64,000 bases of DNA from a bacterium (GCA_018672055.1 JABHGM010000001.1:264884-328883), one strand, 5' to 3'. Shown: positions 18,439 to 27,679, counted from the stretch's first letter. The notes: generated by a model from the letters alone, not told the origin. Made by a program: numbers and translations.

Positions 18439-18525
18439 AAGTTTTATTATAAATTTTTATAGCCTTTATTTTATCCTTAACATTAGTCATATATTCTCTA
18501 TCAGATAGAATAGTTATAATATCAT

Positions 18526-18578
18526 TCTGACACTCACCCCAACAGAAATCTCTCCTGAAATATGGAGGGATTTTTTTA
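18526..18578 (+). repeat. intergenic repeat unit R6 (CTGACACTCACCCCA variant + hairpin type b)
   Basis: Seen directly; followed by GGGGCAGACTATTGTCTGCCCC hairpin for the convergent gene. Confidence 0.75.
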
Positions 18579-18629
18579 TATAAAAAAGGGGGCAGACTAT
18601 TGTCTGCCCCATTGAATATAACTTTGTTG

Positions 18630-19163
18630 TTATTTTAGAGGAATTTCGATTTCCATAGCTTTGATAATACTCGAACATCGTTTATAGTATGGATCTTTTT
18701 TTTCGAATTCTTCTAATTTCTTTTTCATTGCTTCTGTAGCATTGAGTTTTTTGAGAATCAATCCTATTATACCGTAATTCCAGAAATAATTTTTCATAAA
18801 CATTTCAGGAATTATTTCGATAAGATGGTCAGAGATTTTTTGATTCCATTCATCAGAAAGCTGAATGCATTCTTCATTTAATAGGAAGATAATAGTTTTG
18901 TGATGCCACTCTTGATAAGTTTTTTTTTCAAGTGAGCTACAGAAATTACTATATACTCCAGTTAAATAATTAAAGATTATTTCTCCAATATCTTTATTGA
19001 AGAAATAAATCTGTGCGGTAATGAAATTTCCGAAGTGGATAGTATCATTAATGGTGTATGAGTGGGATTCTTCTTGAGAAGAACAGTCAATCCAGTTGTT
19101 GGTAATAACCCATTTACCTTCCATCATTTTTTTGAGTAAATCTTCTATTTTATCATGATTCAT
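18630..19163 (-). CDS. hypothetical protein
   Basis: ORF track 177 aa. Confidence 0.5.
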   Translation of the reverse strand: MNHDKIEDLLKKMMEGKWVITNNWIDCSSQEESHSYTINDTIHFGNFITAQIYFFNKDIGEIIFNYLTGVYSNFCSSLEKKTYQEWHHKTIIFLLNEECIQLSDEWNQKISDHLIEIIPEMFMKNYFWNYGIIGLILKKLNATEAMKKKLEEFEKKDPYYKRCSSIIKAMEIEIPLK

Positions 19164-19243
19164 AATGCCCTCTTTCTTTTTTTGTTGAATTTTATTATGT
19201 TAAAGAACAGATTATAATACCTCATATTAACTATTTTGTCAAC

Positions 19244-19330
19244 CCTATCTCATAATGTATCAATTTAGTTCGAACATCGTCTACGAAGGGACTCCACAGA
19301 AATCTCTCCTGAAATATGGAGGGATTTTTG
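19244..19330 (+). repeat. intergenic repeat unit R7 (TTTTGTCAAC box + core + hairpin type b)
   Basis: Seen directly. Confidence 0.85.
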
Positions 19331-19379
19331 TATAAAAAAGCCCACGAAAATTTTGTGGGCTTGTTAGTGATGTCACATA

Positions 19380-19622
19380 TTATTTTTTAATAATTTTTGC
19401 GTTTTTGAAATTTATTCTCTTCAATAGACCATTTCTTTCGTATACAATCATGCTTCCAATATTTTGCAGCTCTTCTTCAGGGAGTCCAGGGAATTTACAG
19501 ATAAATCTGTTAAATCCTGGATTTTGGATCCTGCTAATTACTTCAATTATTTTACCATCATTAAGTAAGATATTGTATTTTTTTGGGTCCATTGATTCCC
19601 ATTGTTTTTCAGTGATACTCAT
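19380..19622 (-). CDS. hypothetical small protein
   Basis: ORF track 80 aa; terminator AAAAAGCCCACGAAAATTTTGTGGGCTT downstream on minus strand. Confidence 0.45.
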   Translation of the reverse strand: MSITEKQWESMDPKKYNILLNDGKIIEVISRIQNPGFNRFICKFPGLPEEELQNIGSMIVYERNGLLKRINFKNAKIIKK

Positions 19623-19698
19623 TTGAGCATCCTTTCATTTATGCGTTATTAATTTGTTATTGTTTTTACGTAATATGCAATAATAGTATATTTATACT

Positions 19699-19835
19699 AT
19701 TTTGTCAATCATAGCTTAAAATCTTCTCATATTCCTTCCAAATATCTTTGAATGTATTACATAGGAAGATTTTAATAAAGTTACGACTGCCACCCCATCA
19801 AAAAATCATTCCATCAGGGATGGTTTTTTGTTATA
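19699..19835 (+). repeat. intergenic repeat unit R8 (TTTTGTCAAT box + second-family core ...TTTTAATAAAGTTACGACTGCCACCCCA + short hairpin + T6)
   Basis: Seen directly; same subfamily as R10. Confidence 0.8.
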
Positions 19836-19864
19836 CTGAAAGTGTAATAATTAATAGAAAAATT

Positions 19865-20383
19865 ATGAAAAAAGTAATAATAATATTTATCTTATTAATT
19901 ACTGTGGTTGCTATTTATTTATTGATGAATAATGATTCTGATCAAAATGAATTAGTTAATGATAAACGAGAAAATGGTATGGTAGTAAGTAATGTAGTTG
20001 ACGCCATGCCTGAAGAATTTAAAGCTAATTTTGAAGATGATATTCTTACAGATTCTGACACAGAAGTAGCTAGTCTAGTAGCAGTTGATAGTAGTGAGTC
20101 ATCAGGCACAGCATATCGTTTAGTTAAAGATGGCAAATTATATCATAGAGTAGTAGCAGATTTACCAGATTTGATGGACAATAATAAGTATGAAGGATGG
20201 TTAGTACAAAAAAGTCCATTAAAGTTTTTTTCAACAGGAGTAATGGAAAAAATTGAAGATGGTAAGTGGTTTTTAGAATATCAAGCAAATAACGAATATC
20301 CAACATATTTAACTATAGTAATTACTTTAGAAACTATTGTTGATACTACTCCAGAGAAACATATTATTGAAGGGGATTTTTAG
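19865..20383 (+). CDS. secreted hypothetical protein (signal peptide MKKVIIIFILLITVVAIYLL)
   Basis: ORF 19748..20383 shortened to ATG 19865: the upstream 39 codons run through repeat unit R8 and its hairpin. Confidence 0.5.
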   Translation: MKKVIIIFILLITVVAIYLLMNNDSDQNELVNDKRENGMVVSNVVDAMPEEFKANFEDDILTDSDTEVASLVAVDSSESSGTAYRLVKDGKLYHRVVADLPDLMDNNKYEGWLVQKSPLKFFSTGVMEKIEDGKWFLEYQANNEYPTYLTIVITLETIVDTTPEKHIIEGDF

Positions 20384-20390
20384 AGATCAA

Positions 20391-20457
20391 CCTAGTTCGA
20401 ACATCCTCTACGAAGGGGCCCCCAACAAAAAACAAGGTTATTAAGCCTCGTTTTTTG
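20391..20457 (+). repeat. intergenic repeat unit R9 (core CTAGTTCGAACATCCTCTACGAAGGGGCCCCCA + A/T-stem hairpin)
   Basis: Seen directly; begins 8 nt after stop of upstream gene. Confidence 0.8.
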
Positions 20458-20478
20458 ATTATCTAGATTTAAATTAAA

Positions 20479-20676
20479 TTAAGCTCTAGTAACATTGATT
20501 GCGTTTAATCCTTTGTCAGATTCTTCAGTATCAAAAGTGACAGTATCACCTTCTTGAAGTTCATTATATTGAACATCAACTAAAGAGTTGCTGTGAAAGA
20601 AAATGCCTTTTTCTTGACCTTCAGCGGCAATAAAGCCAAAGTTTTTATCAGTCAATTTTTCAATTTTTCCATTCAT
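20479..20676 (-). CDS. cold-shock protein (CspA family)
   Basis: 65 aa; KLTDKNFGFIAAEGQEKGIFFHSNSL... matches the CSD RNP1/RNP2 pattern. Confidence 0.85.
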   Translation of the reverse strand: MNGKIEKLTDKNFGFIAAEGQEKGIFFHSNSLVDVQYNELQEGDTVTFDTEESDKGLNAINVTRA

Positions 20677-20782
20677 TGATTTGATTGTTATTTATTTAGA
20701 TGTGTAAATTTGATAGAATTAAAATTCGACTATGTTTTTAAAAATATTTTCTACGAGAGAATCATATCATATTATAATAAAT

Positions 20783-20912
20783 ATGTCAACCCTAAATAAT
20801 AACCTTCATATACTGTTTCCAAACATCTCTGAATATACTATTTAAGAAAATTTTAATAAAGTTACGACTGCCACCCCACAGAAATCTCTCCTGAAATATG
20901 GAGGGATTTTTT
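20783..20912 (+). repeat. intergenic repeat unit R10 (ATATGTCAAC box + second-family core + hairpin type b)
   Basis: Seen directly; followed by ACACCCAGTTTAGTAATACTGGGTGT hairpin for the convergent gene. Confidence 0.8.
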
Positions 20913-20965
20913 GTAAAAAAATACACCCAGTTTAGTAATACTGGGTGTATACTTTATTTAGTTTA

Positions 20966-22255
20966 TCAAGTAATAGCAGGTGCTCTCTCCCAATTGTTCT
21001 TGACAGTCAAGCCAAGTTTTTTAAGAGTTTTTATTGCTTGTTCATATAAACCATTTTTGGCTAGCCAGACATCAGTCTCTCTTGGTTTTTCTTTTACCAA
21101 TAGATTACGTAAGTTTTTTTTCATTTTCTCATAGAAACTCTTTTTAGGTGGCGGAAATAGGCCTGCCTTTATTAGCAAAGGCACAAATTCACCTATTGTT
21201 TCTTTGGTTAAAAAACTACGAAAGTCATTTAAGTTAAAAGTATAGAGATAGGCTACTGTTCCTTGTTTGAAAACCAAATCACCATGCTGGAAAATTTTCC
21301 CATCTTTAGGCATTGTTTTTAACATTTCTGTAGTTTTTGGTTCATTGAGAAATTCAATAGCATAAAAAACATAAATACCGATTTGTTTTTCCTCTCGATC
21401 AACAAAAAGTGATAACTGCCAACTACACATTTTATCGATATTGACAGAAATATGAGGCTTGAATTGAAGCCATTCTTCAGGGGTTCCATGATTTATAACG
21501 ACCATCTCATAATCTTCCTTGGTTTGAAATATATAATCCACATCATTACAACTGATTTTCATTGGTTCTCGACCTGCATTCAAAGCATAAGCATAATAAT
21601 AACATAGTCCTATATCACCAATTAACAAAAAGCCCTGGTCAAATCTGATGCGTTCATAGGAGTCAAACGCACCCTCGCCTGGAGCAAACGATCCATTATA
21701 ACTTGGCTCAACTTCTATGAATGTGATATAGATGTATTCAAGTAGTAGACATAAAAGATCTAGTCTATTATTTGATCTGATTTTGTTCATGGCTACATCT
21801 ACATGGTTTAGGGTCCAGATTTTAGTTAGTTCTCTATAATCGTCTGGTAGTAAGCGGAAGTGTTTGGGTAATGTATTGTCATGCAAACTTTTCAGATCTT
21901 TAAGACTTGTAGCTAGTGACAAGAGTCTACTATAAACCCAAATCATTTTTTCATTATGAGCTTTTTTGAATATAACTTGCAGTTGTTCATTCAGTTGCTC
22001 ATTGGATTCATAGATTGCTTTTACTCTTTTATAGTACTTAGACCAAATTGCGACTAGTGTCTTATAATTATCATCATCTGGTAATAGACGAAGGTGTTTA
22101 TGAAACATAAAGCTAAGGCCCATTGTTAAATGATCTAGATCTTTGGTAGCGGAATTTAATAATAATTCATGATAAGCTATTATTTCTTCCTCTTTCAAAC
22201 AATCTTTAAATGCTTCTTTAAGATGTTCATATTTAAGGCGTTCATACTTTGTCAT
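20966..22255 (-). CDS. hypothetical protein (429 aa)
   Basis: ORF track; no motif recognised. Confidence 0.5.
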   Translation of the reverse strand: MTKYERLKYEHLKEAFKDCLKEEEIIAYHELLLNSATKDLDHLTMGLSFMFHKHLRLLPDDDNYKTLVAIWSKYYKRVKAIYESNEQLNEQLQVIFKKAHNEKMIWVYSRLLSLATSLKDLKSLHDNTLPKHFRLLPDDYRELTKIWTLNHVDVAMNKIRSNNRLDLLCLLLEYIYITFIEVEPSYNGSFAPGEGAFDSYERIRFDQGFLLIGDIGLCYYYAYALNAGREPMKISCNDVDYIFQTKEDYEMVVINHGTPEEWLQFKPHISVNIDKMCSWQLSLFVDREEKQIGIYVFYAIEFLNEPKTTEMLKTMPKDGKIFQHGDLVFKQGTVAYLYTFNLNDFRSFLTKETIGEFVPLLIKAGLFPPPKKSFYEKMKKNLRNLLVKEKPRETDVWLAKNGLYEQAIKTLKKLGLTVKNNWERAPAIT

Positions 22256-22512
22256 TGTATTCTCCTAGGTTTGTTTTAATATTTAATTAGTAAAGTGCTA
22301 TTTGTACCCTATCATATTAACGATTGAAGTCAATTCAATCCTAATGTATTAGATATATTTTAAAAATGAAGAGATTCTTCCTAATAATAATCTATATAAA
22401 TAGGTGATTCTTTGATTAAGAAGTTATACACTTGACATATATGTTAGAATAATATAACATAAAGATAGATATAAATAACATATTGTTATAATTAATTAAC
22501 TAATTAAAAAAT

Positions 22513-22947
22513 ATGAATAATGAAAAGAAAAAGATAACTATGATGTTTATTCTTATAGCTACACTATTATTTGGCTTAGTTCCGTTTATTCTCCTTACAA
22601 AAAGAAGCGGAGAACTTCAAACAGGAAATATGCTAGGTATATTAGTTGTTATTATAATTGCTCTATTAGCAGCAGTAATTGGTGTAAAAAGGATTAAAGA
22701 CTTAAAACAAGGTCAGCCTGTTGAAGATGAATTATCTAAAAAAGTATTAAATGTAGCTGGTGCTAGGTCATTTTATATGAGTTTATACTGGTTACTTGCT
22801 ATAATGTTATTACAGCCAGTTATTGCTGATATACTTTTTGATAGCGAAATGTTAGATGCAGAACAAGCTTTAGGCGGTGGTATCACTGGAATGGCAATTA
22901 TATGGTTTTTAAATTGGCTCTATTATCAAAAAAAAGGTGTAAATTAA
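22513..22947 (+). CDS. membrane protein (4 TM)
   Basis: ORF track 144 aa; 1-nt gap to downstream HTH gene. Confidence 0.5.
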   Translation: MNNEKKKITMMFILIATLLFGLVPFILLTKRSGELQTGNMLGILVVIIIALLAAVIGVKRIKDLKQGQPVEDELSKKVLNVAGARSFYMSLYWLLAIMLLQPVIADILFDSEMLDAEQALGGGITGMAIIWFLNWLYYQKKGVN

Positions 22948-22948
22948 T

Positions 22949-23140
22949 ATGAAAAATAAGATTAAAGAATTAAGAGCTAGGTATAATTTAACTCAAGAAG
23001 ATTTAGCTAAAAAGACTGGAGTAAGACGTGAAACAATTGTATTTTTAGAAAAGGGTAAATACAATCCTTCGCTTAAACTTGCACACGATGTTGCTAAGGT
23101 TTTAAAAACATCTATTGAGGAATTATTTTTATTTGATTAG
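22949..23140 (+). CDS. XRE-family (Cro/CI-type) HTH transcriptional regulator
   Basis: 63 aa; [45 protein letters not shown] is a canonical HTH_XRE. Confidence 0.8.
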   Translation: MKNKIKELRARYNLTQEDLAKKTGVRRETIVFLEKGKYNPSLKLAHDVAKVLKTSIEELFLFD

Positions 23141-23161
23141 TTAATAATTAAAGTAAAAAAT

Positions 23162-23836
23162 ATGAAGAAAGGAATTTTATTAGTTATTTTTCTTTTTCTA
23201 GCAGGATGTTCTGTATCAAATAATATAGATAAGAGATCATATAATAATGATGCTGGTGATATAATACAGACAAAACCATTAGAAGATGTTTGTTTAACTA
23301 ATGAGGAGTATAGTGAAGTAGCCAAGTTAAACGTGCCAGTATTAACCTTGCCTTTTGATATGGATGATTTTTCTTCAAAGTTTTGGGGAGCTATTCCCTT
23401 TTGTGCAGATCAATGGGAAATAGGGAAACTTCATAATGCACTTGATTTTGAGGTAAAGCCTGATTCTAAGATTTATGCTGCTGTAGACGGAGAAATTCGT
23501 TTTATAAAAGTAGGTGAAGATGAAGGTGCTGGAGATGTTATTGATGTTGAAATAGGTAATTTAAAGATAGGTTATGCAGGGCTTACAAACGTTCAAGTTA
23601 AGATAGGTGATCATATAAGTAGAGGGGATTATTTAGGAGATGCTGCTATAACTCCATATGGTGAATATCATCTACATTTAGGCATATCAACTAATGGTAA
23701 TTTTGAGTGTCCCATAAAATATATGGATCAAGAGTTTATTGAAGCTACCAGACAAATGTTTGCAGAATCTCATTATCCAAGTCAGTTAGAGTTTCCTTGT
23801 GCTTGTAATTGTGAATATATGCCCTCGAGTAATTAA
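23162..23836 (+). CDS. lipoprotein, M23/LytM-like peptidase domain (tentative)
   Basis: Lipobox FLAGC; C-terminal region with GDHISRGDYLG and YHLHLGIS resembling M23 HxH/HLH zinc-binding motifs. Confidence 0.5.
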   Translation: MKKGILLVIFLFLAGCSVSNNIDKRSYNNDAGDIIQTKPLEDVCLTNEEYSEVAKLNVPVLTLPFDMDDFSSKFWGAIPFCADQWEIGKLHNALDFEVKPDSKIYAAVDGEIRFIKVGEDEGAGDVIDVEIGNLKIGYAGLTNVQVKIGDHISRGDYLGDAAITPYGEYHLHLGISTNGNFECPIKYMDQEFIEATRQMFAESHYPSQLEFPCACNCEYMPSSN

Positions 23837-23919
23837 AGAATATATTTAAATAATTTTTTAACTATTGATTTTATTTCCATAACAAGCTAGGATACATTAT
23901 AATAATTTAAATTATATAT

Positions 23920-24042
23920 ATGGCAAAAAGAAGAAAAGCTGCTGGTAGAAAGCAGAAATCAAATTCACGTAAAACTCCAAAAAGACTTGAAATAAAGAGA
24001 CTTATGCTTGAAGAAAAAGCTAAGAAAAAGAAGCGTAAGTAA
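23920..24042 (+). CDS. small Lys/Arg-rich protein (40 aa), unlisted
   Basis: Hand translation MAKRRKAAGRKQKSNSRKTPKRLEIKRLMLEEKAKKKKRK; followed by hairpin terminator AAAAATCATTCTTAAAAAGAATGGTTTTTTG. Confidence 0.3.
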   Translation: MAKRRKAAGRKQKSNSRKTPKRLEIKRLMLEEKAKKKKRK

Positions 24043-24400
24043 GATTACGTTAATTATTCTATTTAAAAATCATTCTTAAAAAGAATGGTTTTTTGTTTAG
24101 ACGTTTAATAAAAAAAGGAGCAACTTATATATGCTCCTTTATGGATAATTTATTGATCATTGTCGAGTCTTTCAAGATATCTTTTATCAAGAGTTTTTTT
24201 AACTATGTTATTACCTTCTTGAATATGTTTATCATCAAATTGTTCGTATAATATTCTAGGTATGTGCTTTGGACGATCGATTTCTTGAATTTTAGTATTT
24301 GTTATATTAAATTTTTTTATTAAACTTATCACTTAAATTATACTTTCTAAAGTATAATAAATAAGGTATAATAGTAATATAACCATTAAATAACAAAAAA

Positions 24401-24613
24401 ATGGGTAAAAAGAACCTTGCCATACTATTATTAGTATTAGGCATCATTTTAATCTTAGTTGGTCCAGTATTTGGCTGGGTAGCTTCATCATATGTTTGGA
24501 TTATTGGTTTAATCTTGATTGTGGTAGCTATAATTATGCTTGTTATGGAAAAAAAAGGAGATAAGCCAGATATGACTCCTCCAACTCCTCCTCAGAATCC
24601 TCCAGTACAGTAA
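24401..24613 (+). CDS. small membrane protein with Pro-rich C-terminus
   Basis: ORF track 70 aa, two TM helices, PPTPPQNPP tail. Confidence 0.4.
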   Translation: MGKKNLAILLLVLGIILILVGPVFGWVASSYVWIIGLILIVVAIIMLVMEKKGDKPDMTPPTPPQNPPVQ

Positions 24614-24626
24614 AGAATTTTTAAAA

Positions 24627-24655
24627 ACAAAAAACCCCTGAAACGGGGTTTTTTG
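24627..24655. terminator. bidirectional intrinsic terminator
   Basis: AAAAACCCCTGAAACGGGGTTTTTT between convergent genes. Confidence 0.75.
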
Positions 24656-24670
24656 ATTAATATCGAAATT

Positions 24671-24844
24671 TTAGAAATTTCTATCTGGTCTTGAACCTTT
24701 TCTATTACGATGACAATCGCGACAGAAAAGAGGTCTATCACCGTCTGGTTCGAAAGGAAGTTCCTTGATTTCTGCTTTACATTCTGAACATTTCCAATCT
24801 CCTTGTACCATTTGACGTTGACCAAAATTGCTTTGGTTATCCAT
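24671..24844 (-). CDS. small zinc-ribbon protein (CxxC...CxxC), 57 aa, unlisted
   Basis: Hand translation MDNQSNFGQRQMVQGDWKCSECKAEIKELPFEPDGDRPLFCRDCHRNRKGSRPDRNF; sits cleanly between terminator and promoter, unlike the listed 77-aa ORF that spans the terminator. Confidence 0.45.
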   Translation of the reverse strand: MDNQSNFGQRQMVQGDWKCSECKAEIKELPFEPDGDRPLFCRDCHRNRKGSRPDRNF

Positions 24845-25282
24845 TTTAAGATACCTTTTTCTTAATTTTGTGATAATTCATCTCTAAAGCAACTTTAGTA
24901 AAAATCTAATGATCGTTATTTAAGTATATATTAGATTAAACTATACAAAATTATTAATTAATTATGCCGTGAGTATACACTATATGGCTATTTTTGTCAA
25001 GGGCTATAGAATGTATAAAAAAAGAAGAGCTTCAGCATAATAAATGTGGGACATTTTATGATGAAGCTCTATGAGGCAGCGAGATTGTTGTTCAGCGATA
25101 TGGAGGGTTGAGTGCAGAGAGAGTTCTTATAAATTCCTCTTAGTTGAATAGTAAAACTTATCACTATTTAATTACGATTATATTTTAATATTAGAGTAAT
25201 TCAATATTTAAGTCAAATAGTAAAGTAAATAAAAAAAGACCAATGTTAGCATTGGTCTCCTGCTCGGTGCATAATTGAAATA

Positions 25283-26065
25283 TTATGACTGGCAAGTAAT
25301 GAACTGCAAAGATAGCGTGTTCCTATCTTGGATCAGTTCGGTTGATGTGAAAGAATTGATGTAATTGATGTTGAATTCACTGCTAATATCTATATAATCA
25401 ATATTCTCGATATTTCTTGCAGCTTCTTCTAAATCTGAAATTGATGAAATTGGATACTTCATTACCGGTGTATACACTTTCTTGTAGGCACCAATGTCGT
25501 ATTCAACATAGTTCGCAGTTTGAGTATCTATATCTGCTTTATATGTTCTTACATCCTTTGCCACCTCCGAACCAATATAACTTAGTGAACAACTTCTGCA
25601 AGATGCGTTTAAAACATCAATTGGGATTTTGAGTGCACTACTTTCATTTATTGCATGTATCTGAGCTACATTACAAATCGTCCAATCGTTTGACATAAAT
25701 GAATCGTCAGAATTTTTTGAATTAGTGTTTCTGTCGCGAGTATTGCTTATAACTGAGTTATGATTCTCTGCCTTGGATGTAGTTGCAACCTCATTATGCC
25801 CAAAAGCATCAGTTAACGTGGTAGCGGTTACTATAATATCTTTACTCATATTACTTGGCAATCTGTTATTGGTTTGTATTAATGAGTACTCAACTACATT
25901 TACTGTTACTGCTATATCAGTTAATATAATTTCATCAACTTCAATAACGGCAATATCATTTACATATTCATTTGAAACAACTTGTGTGACATCTTGATGA
26001 TTTGCTGTAAACAGTAAACATGATCCTATTAGTAAGAGAAGAATGAATTTAAATTGATTCATCAA
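25283..26065 (-). CDS. secreted hypothetical protein
   Basis: Signal peptide MMNQFKFILLLLIGSCLLFTA; 260 aa. Confidence 0.5.
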   Translation of the reverse strand: MMNQFKFILLLLIGSCLLFTANHQDVTQVVSNEYVNDIAVIEVDEIILTDIAVTVNVVEYSLIQTNNRLPSNMSKDIIVTATTLTDAFGHNEVATTSKAENHNSVISNTRDRNTNSKNSDDSFMSNDWTICNVAQIHAINESSALKIPIDVLNASCRSCSLSYIGSEVAKDVRTYKADIDTQTANYVEYDIGAYKKVYTPVMKYPISSISDLEEAARNIENIDYIDISSEFNINYINSFTSTELIQDRNTLSLQFITCQS

Positions 26066-26252
26066 TATTTCCCTTCTTTTTTATTGTTAAGAACAGTATA
26101 TGAATATTGTGAGTTACCTCACTCACTTAATATGTATTATTACATAATTCATATTAGATTAAATATAATATAATTGTGCTAGGCTGTCAATATATTTTAT
26201 GTTATTGTATATAAATGATATAATATAATTAGATTAATTAATAATAAATAAT

Positions 26253-27323
26253 ATGTTTGATTTTTTAAACTTAGATTTTATACCAGATTACTCTATTTTT
26301 GGTAATAGTTTAGTTGATTATTTTAAAGCTTTACTTGTTTTTCTTATAGCTTTGATTGTTCTTAAAGTCTTTAAGACCATAATAATAGCTAGATTTAAGA
26401 AAATAGCTTTAAAAACCGTAACTGATTTTGATGATGCTGTAGTGGCTATGCTGGAATATATTAGTTGGCCTTTTTACTTACTTATTTCTATTTATATTGG
26501 ACTTAGATATTTGAGTTTACCAGAGCTTATTGATCGAATAATAAATGGAGTATTTTTAGTAATTATTGTTTATTACGTAGTTAAGATGATTAGTATGCTC
26601 GTTGATTATATTGCTAAGAATGCTTTGCTTAAGGATCAAGAAGATGATACTCGTGATAATCAAACTGTTATTAGTGTAATTAGTAAAATAGTTAAAATAG
26701 GTCTATGGGCTACTGCTCTTATTCTACTTCTTTCTAATTTTGGCTATAATGTTACTTCCTTAGTTGCTGGACTTGGTATTGGTGGTATTGCTATTGCTCT
26801 AGCTGCTCAGAATGTTTTGAGTGATTTATTTAGCTCTATTTCTATTTACTTTGATAAGCCATTTAAGATAGGTGACTTCATTGTAGCTGGTAAAGAAAAA
26901 GGCACTGTTAAAAGAATAGGTATTAAGACTACACGTATTCAATCAGTAAATGGTGAAGAGCTTATTATTTCTAATCAGGATTTAACTAATGCTCGGGTTC
27001 AGAATTTTAAGACTATGGAAAAAAGAAGAACTACTTTTTTACTTGGCGTTACATATGAAACACCTAAAGCTAAACTTGAAAAAATACCTCTAATGATTGA
27101 AGGGATAATTAAAAAAGTTAAAGGTACTGAAGTAGAAAGAGTTCATTTTAAAACGTTTGGAGATTCTAGTTTAATTTTTGAAGTTGTTTACTTAGTTGAT
27201 ACTATTGAATATGTTAAGTTTTTAGATATTCAACAAGAAATTAACTTTGCTATAATAGCAGAATTTGAAAAAGAAAAGATTGAATTTGCTTATCCAACGC
27301 AAACAATCTTTGTTAAAAAATAA
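26253..27323 (+). CDS. small-conductance mechanosensitive channel (MscS family)
   Basis: TM helices followed by LVAGLGIGGIAIALAAQNVLSDLFSSISIYFDKPFKIGDFI pore/beta-domain signature. Confidence 0.85.
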   Translation: MFDFLNLDFIPDYSIFGNSLVDYFKALLVFLIALIVLKVFKTIIIARFKKIALKTVTDFDDAVVAMLEYISWPFYLLISIYIGLRYLSLPELIDRIINGVFLVIIVYYVVKMISMLVDYIAKNALLKDQEDDTRDNQTVISVISKIVKIGLWATALILLLSNFGYNVTSLVAGLGIGGIAIALAAQNVLSDLFSSISIYFDKPFKIGDFIVAGKEKGTVKRIGIKTTRIQSVNGEELIISNQDLTNARVQNFKTMEKRRTTFLLGVTYETPKAKLEKIPLMIEGIIKKVKGTEVERVHFKTFGDSSLIFEVVYLVDTIEYVKFLDIQQEINFAIIAEFEKEKIEFAYPTQTIFVKK

Positions 27324-27346
27324 TTAATCATTAATAAAATAAGTTT

Positions 27347-27595
27347 ATGTTTATACCAGCTTTAATTATCATCGTTGGTTTAATATGGCTGTTTACTAAT
27401 CTTGGTATTATATCTACAAGTGCTTGGGATGTTATATTACCCCTAGCAGTTATCTTGTTTGGTATATCAATGTATGCTAAACATGGTAAATGTTGTAAGC
27501 CAGGATTACCTAAAGGTCAAGCTCCTCATGAAGGACATGGTCACGAAGGTCATGATCATGAAGGACATGGTCATAAATGTTGTCAGGATAAGTAA
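27347..27595 (+). CDS. small membrane protein with His-rich metal-binding tail
   Basis: Two TM helices then HEGHGHEGHDHEGHGHKCCQDK. Confidence 0.45.
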   Translation: MFIPALIIIVGLIWLFTNLGIISTSAWDVILPLAVILFGISMYAKHGKCCKPGLPKGQAPHEGHGHEGHDHEGHGHKCCQDK

Positions 27596-27679
27596 TTAGA
27601 CTGTAATATTATTAAAAACAGTGTCAATTTTTTTGACATTGTTTTTATTTACATAAATATTACGAATTGATATAATGTT

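Noticed and set aside
19748-19864. N-terminal 39 codons of listed ORF 19748..20383
   Set aside because: They translate repeat unit R8 and its terminator hairpin (LPPHQKIIPSGMVFCY). A signal-peptide start at ATG 19865 is more plausible.
11064-20306. Several antisense ORFs inside better genes: 11064..11288 (-), 12616..12846 (-), 17616..17864 (-), 19405..19626 (+), 19942..20136 (-), 20124..20306 (-)
   Set aside because: Each lies antisense within a longer ORF that has recognisable domains or a signal peptide. These are Ser/Leu-rich artefact frames.
12329-20912. CRISPR array or classical integron attC array as the explanation for the intergenic repeats
   Set aside because: Spacing is 0.5-2 kb with full ORFs between copies, so it is not CRISPR. 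No RYYYAAC...GTTRRRY core pair is present, genes are in mixed orientation, and there is no intI-type tyrosine integrase, so it is not a canonical integron. It is kept as a novel repeat-cassette hypothesis instead.
20898-21134. 78-aa + strand ORF
   Set aside because: It is antisense to the C-terminus of the 429-aa gene and starts inside the terminator hairpin.
24592-24825. Listed 77-aa minus-strand ORF
   Set aside because: It spans the GC hairpin terminator and overlaps the convergent gene. It was replaced by the 57-aa zinc-ribbon ORF 24671..24844.
25417-25997. ORFs 25417..25632 (+) and 25773..25997 (+)
   Set aside because: They are antisense within the 260-aa secreted-protein gene.
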